Shown here one piece after another: positions 1-10,520 of a stretch of 64,000 nt of DNA (positions within the stretch are counted from its first letter, which is position 1; every line of letters begins with the position of its first letter). Made by a program: the position numbers and the translations under genes. Source of the DNA: an uncultured archaeon (lineage in GTDB: Archaea > Aenigmatarchaeota > Aenigmatarchaeia > CG10238-14); the NCBI GenBank assembly GCA_964392445.1, contig CAYMPD010000004.1, positions 3,728 through 67,727 of the forward strand, given 5' to 3'. The notes beneath the pieces are model-generated. The model was not told the origin of the DNA. It saw nothing but the letters and a program-made list of their open reading frames with translations, and searched no databases.

Positions 1-148
1 AGATAGATGAATTTCTCAGATCACATGGCGCTAATATTGTTTCTAATTCTCCCCACTCTCCTGTTACTGGGAATCCTTTGTAACTACAAGATTCACATAA
101 ATCATTATTAGTCCCATTACATTTCCTCACTAATTCTTTTGATGACAT
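1..148 (-). CDS. 5' part of a hypothetical protein running off the window edge (MSSKELVRKCNG...)
   Basis: Manual translation: ATG at 148, frame open to position 1; no recognisable motif. Confidence 0.35.
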   Translation of the reverse strand, partial: MSSKELVRKCNGTNNDLCESCSYKGFPVTGEWGELETILAPCDLRNSSI

Positions 149-181
149 AATTATTTCAGATGAGTTTAGAACTTAAATACC

Positions 182-613
182 TTACCCAGCAATCAACTGC
201 TGTTTAGAAAATAACATAACCTTGGCAAGTTCTGCAATCAATTTAGGTTCAACAGCTATAATATCAGTTGTAGTAAGGATACCAACCAATTTCCCATCCT
301 CGATAACTGGTAACCTTTTAATTTTATTTTCAACCATTACTTGACAGGCTTCTCCTAAATCCTTGTCTTCATCAATGGTTATTACTTCCTTGCTCATAGT
401 TTTCTCAACCTTTGTTTTTGCGGCATCCAACCCTGTCGCAACAATTTTTCTTACAATATCACTTTCAGTAATAACTCCAATTATATCCTTCTTATCTTTC
501 AGAATGATTAAAGAACCAATTTTGTACTTCGACATTATTCTAGCAGCTTCTTTCACAGATATATCTTTGGTTGCCACAATTACTTTTGGATTCATCGCAT
601 CTTTGACAATCAT
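182..613 (-). CDS. Tandem CBS-domain protein
   Basis: Two CBS repeats (VKDAMNPKVIV...GSLII...GVITESDI; IKRLPVIEDGKLVGILTTTDI). Confidence 0.9.
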   Translation of the reverse strand: MIVKDAMNPKVIVATKDISVKEAARIMSKYKIGSLIILKDKKDIIGVITESDIVRKIVATGLDAAKTKVEKTMSKEVITIDEDKDLGEACQVMVENKIKRLPVIEDGKLVGILTTTDIIAVEPKLIAELAKVMLFSKQQLIAG

Positions 614-672
614 AGCATATAATATAGGGTTAATGATATTAATGATTTATACTTGGTAAATAACTAATAATT

Positions 673-786
673 ATGAAGGACAACTACAATCTGTTCATTA
701 CTATAGCAGTTGCATTTGTGATTACTGTTTATATTCTGTTTTATTTTCTTGTGCAGAGGTATGGTGTTTGGGGAGATAGAAGATGA
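673..786 (+). CDS. Putative 37-aa single-TM microprotein
   Basis: Manual translation MKDNYNLFITIAVAFVITVYILFYFLVQRYGVWGDRR; fills the gap between two genes. Confidence 0.35.
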   Translation: MKDNYNLFITIAVAFVITVYILFYFLVQRYGVWGDRR

Positions 787-788
787 TT

Positions 789-3656
789 TTAAAAACTAAT
801 CTCAACCACTTTATCCCTAAAATTCAATTTCCCTTCATTTTTACCTTCCAACTTACCAACTTCAACACTACTAGCACCAACATCTTTTTTCAAGTCATCT
901 ACGAATTTACTAAGACTCTTCTCGGTCTCAGTATCTGATTTCAATGTCAATTCTATCCTATCACTTATTTTCAATCTCGCTTTCTTCCTGGTCGATTGAA
1001 TTTTCCTTGTTAAATCCCGATAAAGTCTTTCTCCCATTAATTCTTTGTCTTCTGATAAATCTAGGAAAACTCTACCTTTCTTGAAATCCTCACTTGCAAA
1101 TTCACCTTTCGGTTCTTGGTTTACTATTTCAACAACTGTAACATTCGCTCTTTTCTTTATTATTTCCCCAAGATTTTCCACAGCTTCTTTAACACTTTCA
1201 TCTTCCGAAACTACAACCATCCTTTTAACAGGCCATCTCAATTTAAGATTAACTTTTTGTCTTGCCGAGAATGAAGTTTCAATTATATCTCGAGTCACTT
1301 TCATATCCTTTTCTAATTTTTCATCTATTAGATCCTCCTGAACTTCTGGTAATTTTTCCAGGTGAACACTTTCTTTGCCTCCCATCAAAGGTTTAACCAC
1401 ATCCTGATAACCCTCTTCTGCCAAGAACGGACAAACTGGTGCGAATAATTTACTCAAACTGTCCACAGCCATACCCATCATGTAAAAAGCAGCTTTTTTA
1501 TCTTCGCCCTCATACCCAGGCCATGTTCTATCCCTGACTAGTTTTATGTACCATCGGGAATAATCATCAAGAACAAATTTCTCAAGAGCTTCGATTGATT
1601 TGTGATTTCTGTACTTGCTGAAGTAATTGTTGTACTTTTTTAACATGGAATGTAATCTTGACAATAACCACTTATCTTCTATTTCCAAATTCGGTTTCTT
1701 TTCTGGAACTTCCTTAACATAAGTCTTAACAAATCTAAACGTATTCCTAACAATATTCAATTTTTTCTTAACATTTTCAGCATCCTTCCAATTAAAGTAA
1801 AAGTCATTCCAAGCAGTACTTGAAAGCAAATAATACCTAAGAGCATCTCTACCATACTTCTTAATCACATCCTCGGGAGCAACTATATTCCCTTTTGACT
1901 TGGACATTTTATCTCCATGAGCATCCAGAACAAACCCGTGGAAAAGTATGTTATCATAAGATCTTCTATCAAATGTTATCACACTAGTTATCATCTGGGA
2001 ATTCCACCAGCCTCTTATCTGGTCAGGGCCTTCCAGGTTGAATTCATTAGGCCACCATTCTTCGAATAGGTCTTTTCTTTTTGGATATCCAAGACTTGCC
2101 CAACTAGCTAAGCCAGAGTCAAACCATACATCCAGGACGTCAGGTATCCTCCTCATCTTCCCTCCACATTCCTCACATTCGAGAACAATCTCATCCACAT
2201 ATGGTCTATGCAAATCATCCAATTCTTTTGGTAACTCGTCTGATGAACCTATGACTTTTGTTCCCCCGCACTTCTCACACTCCCAGATTGGTAATGGTAT
2301 ACCCCAGTATCTTTGTCTTGAGACAGGCCAATCACCTAATGATTCTAACCAATTATGAAACCTTTTCCCCGCCCAATCTGGAACCCAGTTAACTTTCTTG
2401 TTCTCTTCAATTAGTTTATCTCGTATTTCCGTTACTCTGAAAAACCACTGAGGTACTGCCATGAAAATCAAGGGAGAATCACATCTCCAACAGAAAGGAT
2501 AATCGTGACTTACATTTTCTTTGGTGAAAAGTAGTCCTCTTCTTTCAAAATCTTCCATTATCTTTGGATCTGCGTCCTTGACAAACATCCCAGAATATTT
2601 CCCACAATTGCTATTGTAAGTAGCATCCATTTTCAAGGGAGAAACTACGGGTAAATTATTCTCCTTACCAACTTTATAGTCCTCTTCACCATGACCCGGG
2701 GCTGTGTGTACTAATCCTGTCCCTTCTTCAAGCGTCACAAACTGATCTGACATAACAACCCTCCAGGCATTCTTAATATCCTTGTGGAATGGGAATAGGT
2801 CTGATAGAGGATGAGTATATTCCATGCCCTCAAGGTCCTCTCCTAGAACAACTTTTTCTATATCATAATTTTCCACATCAGCTTTTTCCATTACCTGTTC
2901 AACCAATTCATGTGCAAATATCAGTGTCTCTCCGTGGACTTCTACGTAAGCATAATGTGCTCCAGGTTTAACCATTATTCCAGTGTTTGAGGGTAAAGTC
3001 CAAGGTGTAGTAGTCCAGACCAATAAATAAGTATTTTTCTCTCCTTTAACCGGGAATTTCACATAGACTGAAGGATCTGTGACCTTGTTATACTCTATCT
3101 CGTTATAAGCTACAGCAGTTTGACAATGTGGGCAGACATGAACACTGTACTTATCCTTGTACAGGAGTCCTTTCTCATAACCTACTTTGAATGTATACCA
3201 ACCACCTTCAATGTAGTCTTTTTTAAGTGTCAAATAAGGATTATCCCAATCCATCCACACTCCTAAGTTATTGAATTGATCATTCATAATATCCAAGAAC
3301 TCAGTTGCGAACTTTCTACATTCTTTATTAAATTTTTCAATTCCCATTTCTTCTATTTCCTGCTTTGAACCTATCCCTAATTTCTTTTCAACTTTATTTT
3401 CTATTGGTAATCCATGGGTATCATAACCAGGTTGCGATCTTACATTAAATCCCTTCATTCTTTTGTACCTCAGGAATGAATCTTTCAGAATTTTATTCCA
3501 AGCAGTACCTAAGTGAATATAACCAGTAGCATAAGGAGGACCATCTAGGAAATAAAATTTCCCCCCTTCTTTGTTCATATTTAATGCTTTCTTTGGAATC
3601 CCTTTTTCAGCCCAGAATTTTTGGATTTCTTGTTCTTTTTCTTTAACACTAACCAT
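789..3656 (-). CDS. ileS: Isoleucyl-tRNA synthetase
   Basis: DGPPYATG, HLGT (HIGH), WTTTPWT, GTGLVH, SRQRYWG, KMSKS motifs. Confidence 0.97.
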   Translation of the reverse strand: MVSVKEKEQEIQKFWAEKGIPKKALNMNKEGGKFYFLDGPPYATGYIHLGTAWNKILKDSFLRYKRMKGFNVRSQPGYDTHGLPIENKVEKKLGIGSKQEIEEMGIEKFNKECRKFATEFLDIMNDQFNNLGVWMDWDNPYLTLKKDYIEGGWYTFKVGYEKGLLYKDKYSVHVCPHCQTAVAYNEIEYNKVTDPSVYVKFPVKGEKNTYLLVWTTTPWTLPSNTGIMVKPGAHYAYVEVHGETLIFAHELVEQVMEKADVENYDIEKVVLGEDLEGMEYTHPLSDLFPFHKDIKNAWRVVMSDQFVTLEEGTGLVHTAPGHGEEDYKVGKENNLPVVSPLKMDATYNSNCGKYSGMFVKDADPKIMEDFERRGLLFTKENVSHDYPFCWRCDSPLIFMAVPQWFFRVTEIRDKLIEENKKVNWVPDWAGKRFHNWLESLGDWPVSRQRYWGIPLPIWECEKCGGTKVIGSSDELPKELDDLHRPYVDEIVLECEECGGKMRRIPDVLDVWFDSGLASWASLGYPKRKDLFEEWWPNEFNLEGPDQIRGWWNSQMITSVITFDRRSYDNILFHGFVLDAHGDKMSKSKGNIVAPEDVIKKYGRDALRYYLLSSTAWNDFYFNWKDAENVKKKLNIVRNTFRFVKTYVKEVPEKKPNLEIEDKWLLSRLHSMLKKYNNYFSKYRNHKSIEALEKFVLDDYSRWYIKLVRDRTWPGYEGEDKKAAFYMMGMAVDSLSKLFAPVCPFLAEEGYQDVVKPLMGGKESVHLEKLPEVQEDLIDEKLEKDMKVTRDIIETSFSARQKVNLKLRWPVKRMVVVSEDESVKEAVENLGEIIKKRANVTVVEIVNQEPKGEFASEDFKKGRVFLDLSEDKELMGERLYRDLTRKIQSTRKKARLKISDRIELTLKSDTETEKSLSKFVDDLKKDVGASSVEVGKLEGKNEGKLNFRDKVVEISF

Positions 3657-3841
3657 AACTACACCTCATTGACTTATCAAACAATTTAGAATTCAAAGTA
3701 AATAAAACATCAAGTTTAGAAAACAATCCGGTCAACACCCACGGAAATCACAACAATTAATAGGAAGGGAAGATACTTAAATTTGATGGTGGGAAAATAA
3801 ATCCTCGGATTATTAAAAATATAGTTATTGTTGGTGAACAA

Positions 3842-5263
3842 ATGGGTCTTTTTGGAGTGGTCACAAAAAGGAAAAATATGATTGAAGATCTACTTCTAGG
3901 AATCGATTATCATTCTCACCTTTTTACTGAAAAGGCGGGACTTGCTACATTCGATCCTGACTATGGGTTTGATTATATGACTGATTCCATAAAAGGTTCT
4001 CAGTTTAAGGCAGTTTTCTATCCTAAGGTCGGAGATTTGTACGGAGGAAAATACGGAATTGGAGTTATTAGTGGTAGTGATTATCAACCAATTGTTTTCC
4101 AGACTCCTTTAGGTGACTTTGCTTTATGTATGAATGGGCTTGTGAGTAACGAAGAAGAAGTTTTTAGATCAATGTTAAGAGAAAAACGCGTACTTTCTAG
4201 AACAGAAGGGAACTCACTGAATCAAGTTGAACTTATTGCGAATCTTATTGGAAGAGAATCCACATATAGCGATGGTTTGTTAAGATTGCATGATCATATT
4301 TATGGTTCCACTTCTTTGTTACTCATGAACGAGAATGGTATATACGCATTTTCTGATAAGTTTCCTCTTACTGTTGGAAGGAGGGATGATGATTGGGCTA
4401 TAGCTTCTGAGAGTTCGGCGTTTCCAAATATAGGTTTTGAAACATATAGATTTCTATCACCTGGAACAGCTGTTAGAATTGATGAAAATGGGGTCGAAGA
4501 ACTAGGTAAGGTAGATGATTTGGATATTTGTACCTTTCTTTGGATATATACAGCATTTCCTTCATCGAGTTTTGATGGTGTTAATGTCGAAGAGACTAGA
4601 TACAGATCTGGTGAGAAATTAGCAGAAAAACATCCTGTGGAGGATGCAGATTTAGTTTCAGGTGTCCCAGACTCGGGCACTGCTTACGCTGTTGGTTTTT
4701 CAAGAAGTGGAACTCCGTATCATAGAGCATTGATTAAATACACACCTGGCTATGGGAGAAGTTATACCCCACCCAGTCAAAAAGTAAGAGATAGGATTGC
4801 TTCAAAGAAATTAATACCAGTTTGGGATATCATTCGTGAGAAATCAATGGTTATAACAGAGGATTCTATAGTCAGGGGAACACAGTTGGGGAATATTGTA
4901 GATATGATCTGGGACAGGAATAGGAGCGGTGAACCACAAGGAGCCAGAGAAATACATGGTAGAGTTGGCTCCTCACCGTTAATTCATCCATGTCCTTATA
5001 ATATTTCAACTAGAAAACCAGGAGAACTTGCTGCCGTTAGGGCTATTAGAGCTATAGAAGGGGATAATAACCCTGATTTGACTCCTTATCTCGATACCAC
5101 ATCTAGACAATACGAAGAGATGATAGATTGGATAAGACAAGATCTAGGTCTTACTTCTTTAGCTTATCAAACACCGCAGGACATGGTTGAAGCAATAAGT
5201 CTACCTCCAGAAAAGTTGTGCATGTACTGTTGGATGGGTAGTCGTACTCATGAGAGAAAATAA
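3842..5263 (+). CDS. purF: Amidophosphoribosyltransferase (PurF family, lacks the N-terminal Cys)
   Basis: Ntn domain plus PRTase (GVPDSG, ITEDSIVRGT), Fe-S-type Cys residues (CTF, HPCPY, CMYC); starts MGLFG. Confidence 0.88.
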   Translation: MGLFGVVTKRKNMIEDLLLGIDYHSHLFTEKAGLATFDPDYGFDYMTDSIKGSQFKAVFYPKVGDLYGGKYGIGVISGSDYQPIVFQTPLGDFALCMNGLVSNEEEVFRSMLREKRVLSRTEGNSLNQVELIANLIGRESTYSDGLLRLHDHIYGSTSLLLMNENGIYAFSDKFPLTVGRRDDDWAIASESSAFPNIGFETYRFLSPGTAVRIDENGVEELGKVDDLDICTFLWIYTAFPSSSFDGVNVEETRYRSGEKLAEKHPVEDADLVSGVPDSGTAYAVGFSRSGTPYHRALIKYTPGYGRSYTPPSQKVRDRIASKKLIPVWDIIREKSMVITEDSIVRGTQLGNIVDMIWDRNRSGEPQGAREIHGRVGSSPLIHPCPYNISTRKPGELAAVRAIRAIEGDNNPDLTPYLDTTSRQYEEMIDWIRQDLGLTSLAYQTPQDMVEAISLPPEKLCMYCWMGSRTHERK

Positions 5264-5295
5264 TTTTCTGTTAAGTCACTAATTTTAGAAAAAAA

Positions 5296-6729
5296 TTATA
5301 TTTTTTGAACATCGTGAGAGTAACTTTCTTTTAATCCAGAACCTGTCATCATGATAAACTCTGCATTTTTTTGCATTTCTTTTATGTTCATTGCACCACA
5401 ATAACTCATCCCAGATCTCAAACCACCCATCAGCTTAGAAATAACCTCGAAAACACCGCCTTTATACGGAACACACGCTTCAACTCCTTCTGGTATTATA
5501 TTAAAAATATCAATGTTCCTCCATTTCTTGGCATCTCTTCTTTGTTTTGTTGTTAGATTTGAACCTAATGAAGCTGAGCCTCGATAGATTTTATACTTTC
5601 TCCCATTTTTGATTATCTCTTTTCCGGGAGTTTCCTTTGTCCCTGCGAAGAAAAAGCCAGTCATCAAAGACGAAGCGCCTGCAGCCAAAGCTTTAGTTAT
5701 ATCACCCGAGGTTCTTAGTCCACCATCAGCAATTATTGGTATCTCATAATCCTTAGCAATTTTAGCAGATTCCATCACTGCAGTTAATTGAGGAACACCA
5801 GAACCAGTAACAATTCGAGTTATACAAGTAGAACCTGGTCCCACACCTACTTTAACCCCATCAGCACCAGCTTTTATCAAGTCTTTTGTTCCTTTCGCTG
5901 TCGCCACATTACCTGCTATAACTTCAACTCCGTCAAAATTCTCTTTCACCGTTTTAATCGTATCAATACACAGATCGGAATGTCCATGGGCAATATCAAC
6001 AACAATCACATCACATCCCACATTTATCAAGGCATCGGTTCTTTCTAATACATCTACTTTCACACCAATAGCAGCACCTACTCTTAACCTCCCTTTCTTG
6101 TCTTTAGTCGCATCTGGGAATTCATTTATTTTTTCAATATCCTTGCTTGTGATAAGTCCTTTCAATTTCCCCTTTTTATCAACAAGTGGAAGTTTTTCAA
6201 CTTTTTCTTTTCTAAAAATTTCCCTTGCTTCTTTCATAGTAATTTCTGGACTACTAAGAACCAAATCTTCGTATTTTGTCATTATATCAGACACTTTTTT
6301 GTTAAGTTTATCTTCAAATATTATGTCTCTATTGGTTACTATCCCCAGAAGCTTGTTATTTTTATCGACAACAAGAATTCCGTTCACATTTTTTTCTTTC
6401 ATTAAGTTTTTGACTTCTCTGATTGTAGTTTTCGGATGACAACTATATGGATTTTCAATTACTACACATTCATATCTTTTAACCTTTTCAACCTCCTTAG
6501 CCTGTTTTTCCGGTGTCATGAATCTGTGAATTATTCCTATCCCCCCTGCTCTTGCCAGGGCTATTGCCATACGAGATTCGGTAACTGTATCCATGTTCGC
6601 AGAAATCAGAGGTATTTTCATTTTAATTTTTGGAGTTAGAAATGTAGATGTATCAACATCCTTCCTAGACTTAACAGGTGACTTTTTTGGAACTAGTAGA
6701 ACGTCATCAAAAGTTAATGCTTTTTTCAA
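5296..6729 (-). CDS. guaB: IMP dehydrogenase with CBS subdomain
   Basis: [27 protein letters not shown] catalytic Cys, IADGG; TTG start. Confidence 0.96.
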   Translation of the reverse strand: MKKALTFDDVLLVPKKSPVKSRKDVDTSTFLTPKIKMKIPLISANMDTVTESRMAIALARAGGIGIIHRFMTPEKQAKEVEKVKRYECVVIENPYSCHPKTTIREVKNLMKEKNVNGILVVDKNNKLLGIVTNRDIIFEDKLNKKVSDIMTKYEDLVLSSPEITMKEAREIFRKEKVEKLPLVDKKGKLKGLITSKDIEKINEFPDATKDKKGRLRVGAAIGVKVDVLERTDALINVGCDVIVVDIAHGHSDLCIDTIKTVKENFDGVEVIAGNVATAKGTKDLIKAGADGVKVGVGPGSTCITRIVTGSGVPQLTAVMESAKIAKDYEIPIIADGGLRTSGDITKALAAGASSLMTGFFFAGTKETPGKEIIKNGRKYKIYRGSASLGSNLTTKQRRDAKKWRNIDIFNIIPEGVEACVPYKGGVFEVISKLMGGLRSGMSYCGAMNIKEMQKNAEFIMMTGSGLKESYSHDVQKI

Positions 6730-6771
6730 GTTGTATCCTTACTAATATTTGTTGAGGGAAAAATAAATAAT

Positions 6772-7392
6772 TTAATATATTTCCAGTAGAGTTCTCGTTA
6801 TATCTGTTAATGAGTCTTCGGGAGATAACACCTTTTGGAAACGCTCAAGTTCTTCTCTAGATATATCAGCTCTTTTTAATTCCTTTTCAATAACTCTAAT
6901 TTCCCTTCTCATTCTCCCTTCAATTATTTCTCGGGTTGTCTCCATAACTCCCCATGGATAAATTATCCATTTATCTGTTTGCCCTGCATAATAATTAGGA
7001 ACTACTATAGATTGGGGTTTTCTATGTAATGTAGCGACCCTTGTTTCGTCTACTATTGGTATGTAATGTTCAATTACACCATTTATGGTAGTTCCCGTAT
7101 CCGCCACATCATCTGTTATGAGTACTCTTCCACCTTTTATATTATCTGGAGGACAACTAATTTCTAATTCTCCGGTTTCACCTAGTTGAGTATACAAACG
7201 AGCCACGACAGGTATGTAAGCTGTATCCCTTCCTGCTCCTCTGAATCTATCTAATATGAGTCTTAGAACAATAAAACCACCACTACCAATACCTATGATT
7301 GAATCGGGTTCATAACTAGAAGATATTATCTGTTGATATAAAGTATCGATCAACCTATGAACGTCTTCATCAGAACATCTCAAATAGTCCAT
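6772..7392 (-). CDS. Type I phosphoribosyltransferase (purine salvage, hypoxanthine/xanthine-guanine PRT-like)
   Basis: VLITDDVADTGTT PRPP loop, WIIYPW; next to guaB. Confidence 0.8.
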   Translation of the reverse strand: MDYLRCSDEDVHRLIDTLYQQIISSSYEPDSIIGIGSGGFIVLRLILDRFRGAGRDTAYIPVVARLYTQLGETGELEISCPPDNIKGGRVLITDDVADTGTTINGVIEHYIPIVDETRVATLHRKPQSIVVPNYYAGQTDKWIIYPWGVMETTREIIEGRMRREIRVIEKELKRADISREELERFQKVLSPEDSLTDITRTLLEIY

Positions 7393-7484
7393 ATCAAAAC
7401 TGAAATTTTTAGATTTATAATGATTTTTATGTAGAAATCAATAATTAATCTCTTCAATCCCAAATATAATCTAACTAACATGAG

Positions 7485-7952
7485 GTGATATCCATACCTG
7501 AATGTACCCTCTGTGGAAAAAATGTTGAAAAACTTTTTCTTGCGAAAGTTGAAGGCTCTAAAATAGAAGTATGTGAAAAATGTGGAAAATACGGGGAAAT
7601 AATAGAGGAGATAAAACCAAAAGCAAAAAAAGAGGGACCACTTCTAATAGAAAAAGAAATCCCAGAGTTAGAAGAAACAGAAGAAGAGTTAAAATCCAAT
7701 TATGGAAAAATAATCATCCAAACCCGTCAAAAAAAGGGATTGGAAAGAAAAGAGTTTGCAATGAAAATAAACGAAAAAGAATCAATCATCCGGCGAGTAG
7801 AAAAACAACAAATGATACCAGATGAAAGATTAAGAAAAAAAATAGAAAATTCCCTTAACATAAAACTAACACAAATATACGAAAAAACAAAACTAAAAAC
7901 CCAATCCAGAAAAACTACTTTAACCCTGGGAGATATAATAGAAATAGAGTGA
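7485..7952 (+). CDS. mbf1: Archaeal multiprotein bridging factor 1 (Zn ribbon + HTH); true start possibly ATA at 7494
   Basis: CTLCG...CEKC zinc ribbon, Cro-type HTH, C-terminal TLGD. Confidence 0.9.
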   Translation: MISIPECTLCGKNVEKLFLAKVEGSKIEVCEKCGKYGEIIEEIKPKAKKEGPLLIEKEIPELEETEEELKSNYGKIIIQTRQKKGLERKEFAMKINEKESIIRRVEKQQMIPDERLRKKIENSLNIKLTQIYEKTKLKTQSRKTTLTLGDIIEIE

Positions 7953-7958
7953 TTAATT

Positions 7959-8891
7959 ATGGAACTGAAAGGAAGAGATATGTTACATCTGAAAGACTAC
8001 AGCTCAGAAGAACTAGGATATTTAGTTAATTTGGGAATAGAAATAAAAAAGAACCCCGAAAAATACTATGATTCATTGAAGAGAAAAACACTTGTGATGC
8101 TGTTTGAAAAATCTTCGACAAGGACTAGAACATCATTTGAAGCAGGAATGAATCAGTTAGGTGGTCACGCTATATTTTTGGATTGGAAGTCATCACAGTT
8201 GGCAATAGGTGCTGAATTAAAAGACGAAGCAAGATCAATCGAAAGATACTGTGAATGTATCGCGGCAAGAGTAAGAAAACATGAAACACTTCAGATGATA
8301 GCAAATTCGGTTGAAGTTCCCGTGATTAATATGCTCTGTGAGAAGTATCACCCTTGTCAAGCTCTTGGAGATATGATGACTATAAAAGAACATCTGGGAA
8401 GCTTGAAGGGGAAGAAACTAGTTTTCACCGGGATTGCAAATAACGTAAGTAATTCGCTTGTTACTACAGGAACAAAACTTGGGATGCAGGTCACATTAGC
8501 AGTTCCAGAAAAGGACCCTAGTGCCATTGATCCGGAACTGGAAAAAATGGCGAAAAAAACTGGATTGTATGAGGAGACAAAGGACTTGAAGTCGGTTGTT
8601 GAAGATGCAGATATTGTTTACACTGATACTTGGGTTAATATAGAGTTCATGACTGACCCAAAATTCAAAAAAGAGAAAGAAAGAAGATTCAAGGTCTTTA
8701 AACCTTACCAAGTGAACGCCCAATTACTCGAGGAAACAGGTAGTGATGCCAAACTCATGCACTGTCTTCCAGCTCATATTGGTTATGAGATTACTCGAAA
8801 CGCAGTTGATCATCCCAATTCGATTATGTTTGACCAGGCTGAGAACAGGATGCACATTCAGAAAGCTATTCTTGTTAGTGTTCTTGGTTGA
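7959..8891 (+). CDS. argF: Ornithine carbamoyltransferase
   Basis: FEKSSTRT, HPCQ, YTDTW, MHCLP motifs. Confidence 0.9.
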   Translation: MELKGRDMLHLKDYSSEELGYLVNLGIEIKKNPEKYYDSLKRKTLVMLFEKSSTRTRTSFEAGMNQLGGHAIFLDWKSSQLAIGAELKDEARSIERYCECIAARVRKHETLQMIANSVEVPVINMLCEKYHPCQALGDMMTIKEHLGSLKGKKLVFTGIANNVSNSLVTTGTKLGMQVTLAVPEKDPSAIDPELEKMAKKTGLYEETKDLKSVVEDADIVYTDTWVNIEFMTDPKFKKEKERRFKVFKPYQVNAQLLEETGSDAKLMHCLPAHIGYEITRNAVDHPNSIMFDQAENRMHIQKAILVSVLG

Positions 8892-8893
8892 TT

Positions 8894-9643
8894 TCACATC
8901 TTCTTAAACAGATTAATAACAGGTTCAACTCCCACTCTTATCATGTTACTTGAATTTACTATTGTTCCATCTCTTATGAATTTATCAAGTTCTTTTTGGA
9001 ATCTTTCAATAATTTTCCTGTCAAGTTCTTTTAATCTGAATCTCTTCCCTTTCTTAATCTCCCAGTTGGAATCACCATACTTGAGTAAAGCAAATAAATC
9101 AGCTATATCTTTTTCTTTTTTGAATTTATCGGTTCTTCCTAATACTGATTCTAATTTTATTTGCACTAATATTTTTGATGATGGAATAATTATTTCTTGA
9201 CCTTTGAATTTAACCAGTTCATATTCTTTCTTGAACACATCTTCTAAAATCGATAAATGCATAATTCTTTTATCGACTTTTTTAGGACAGGCTATATCAA
9301 AATAAACAGTAAACAAGTCATATATGGGTATATCCTTTGATTTATCTTCTGATAATTCCTTTTTTGTGGAAAGTTGAACGTATTTTGCCCATCTGAAAGT
9401 GGAGTGTGGTTTGAAACCCAATGATTCTACTTTGGTTATTAAATCCTTGAAGTTAATTTCTCTGGGATTAAAGAAAATATCAATATCTCTGGATCCGATG
9501 TGACTAACTTCTAATTTCTTAAGGAAGAGATGAACTGCCCATCCGCCCATTAACCCGATATTTTTCTTTTGTTTTTGATTCAGAGACTTAAAGAATTCAT
9601 AAAGATATTTTTCTGAATATTCAACTCCCAATTTTTTGATCAT
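8894..9643 (-). CDS. AbiEii-like nucleotidyltransferase (type IV TA toxin)
   Basis: GLMGGWAV...SRDIDI Pol-beta NTase motif; ATGA overlap with the upstream wHTH gene. Confidence 0.65.
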   Translation of the reverse strand: MIKKLGVEYSEKYLYEFFKSLNQKQKKNIGLMGGWAVHLFLKKLEVSHIGSRDIDIFFNPREINFKDLITKVESLGFKPHSTFRWAKYVQLSTKKELSEDKSKDIPIYDLFTVYFDIACPKKVDKRIMHLSILEDVFKKEYELVKFKGQEIIIPSSKILVQIKLESVLGRTDKFKKEKDIADLFALLKYGDSNWEIKKGKRFRLKELDRKIIERFQKELDKFIRDGTIVNSSNMIRVGVEPVINLFKKM

Positions 9644-10269
9644 GTTTCCAACCATTTCTTCTCAATTAATTTTCCCTGTTCTTCACCCAAACCACCAAAA
9701 GATAATAAATCAGATAAAATTAAACCGATTGAAGCTATTCTAAAACCTTTTTCCTCTCTACCTAGATCAAAATAGAACTCATTTTCAACAGGTATAAGAA
9801 TTAAATTACCTTCTGTTTCTGTGGATCTTTTCACATTTTTCTGGATAAGATAATCGTTCCATTTTTCAACATCTTCCTTTTTAACATACATGTGAACCTG
9901 TTCTGTTTTAATGTAAGGTACAAGTAATTCGCCCGCGGAGAATAGAGTGAAAGAATGTTTTAATTCAGAGTTTTTTATAATTTCCATCTTTTCTCTCATT
10001 TTTTTATTGATGAAGTAATGTCTCTTGGATTTTGCAGGGAAAGGATTTGCTAGAGAAATGAATTTAATTAAGTCTGGGGCATTTGTTAGTTGATATTTTC
10101 CATTAAGTTTGGTCACAAACCCTCCTTTTTCTAATTCCTTGACAAAATTGTAAGTCGGCGAGTAATTCAAAGTACCCATAGATTTTTCCAGTTCGTAAAT
10201 AGACCAGTCTTTATCCTTTTCTTCTAGTATCCAGAGTAATAAACCAAGTCTTTTTTGTGTTAGTTCCAT
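9640..10269 (-). CDS. wHTH transcriptional regulator, AbiEi-like antitoxin
   Basis: N-terminal wHTH; C-terminal LILSDLLSFGGLGEEQG resembles AbiEi-family tails; coupled to the NTase. Confidence 0.65.
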   Translation of the reverse strand: MELTQKRLGLLLWILEEKDKDWSIYELEKSMGTLNYSPTYNFVKELEKGGFVTKLNGKYQLTNAPDLIKFISLANPFPAKSKRHYFINKKMREKMEIIKNSELKHSFTLFSAGELLVPYIKTEQVHMYVKKEDVEKWNDYLIQKNVKRSTETEGNLILIPVENEFYFDLGREEKGFRIASIGLILSDLLSFGGLGEEQGKLIEKKWLET

Positions 10270-10273
10270 AATA

Positions 10274-10300
10274 TATCTATTAAACAGATAGTATATAAAG
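10274..10300 (-). promoter_or_regulatory. TATA box (TTTATATA, 10292-10299) and TATCT-N7-AGATA palindrome before the probably leaderless AbiEi gene
   Basis: Read from sequence; TATA box lies about 23 nt upstream of the ATG. Confidence 0.45.
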
Positions 10301-10520
10301 TTAACGGTTATATCTTGACCAAGTCCTCGTATGAAGGTAGTATAATATCCGACTTTAGGAACTCCCAGAAAGTATTTGCATTATTTAGGATTTTTAGCTA
10401 TTTATTTTTTTATGAGTTGGAATTGGTTAAATTCTTTTTTAGTTGAATTACGTAAATATTGGTGGGTTTCTGGAAAAGATTCTCTCCTTCTATGAGATAG
10501 AAAAATATGAGGTGATTAGT

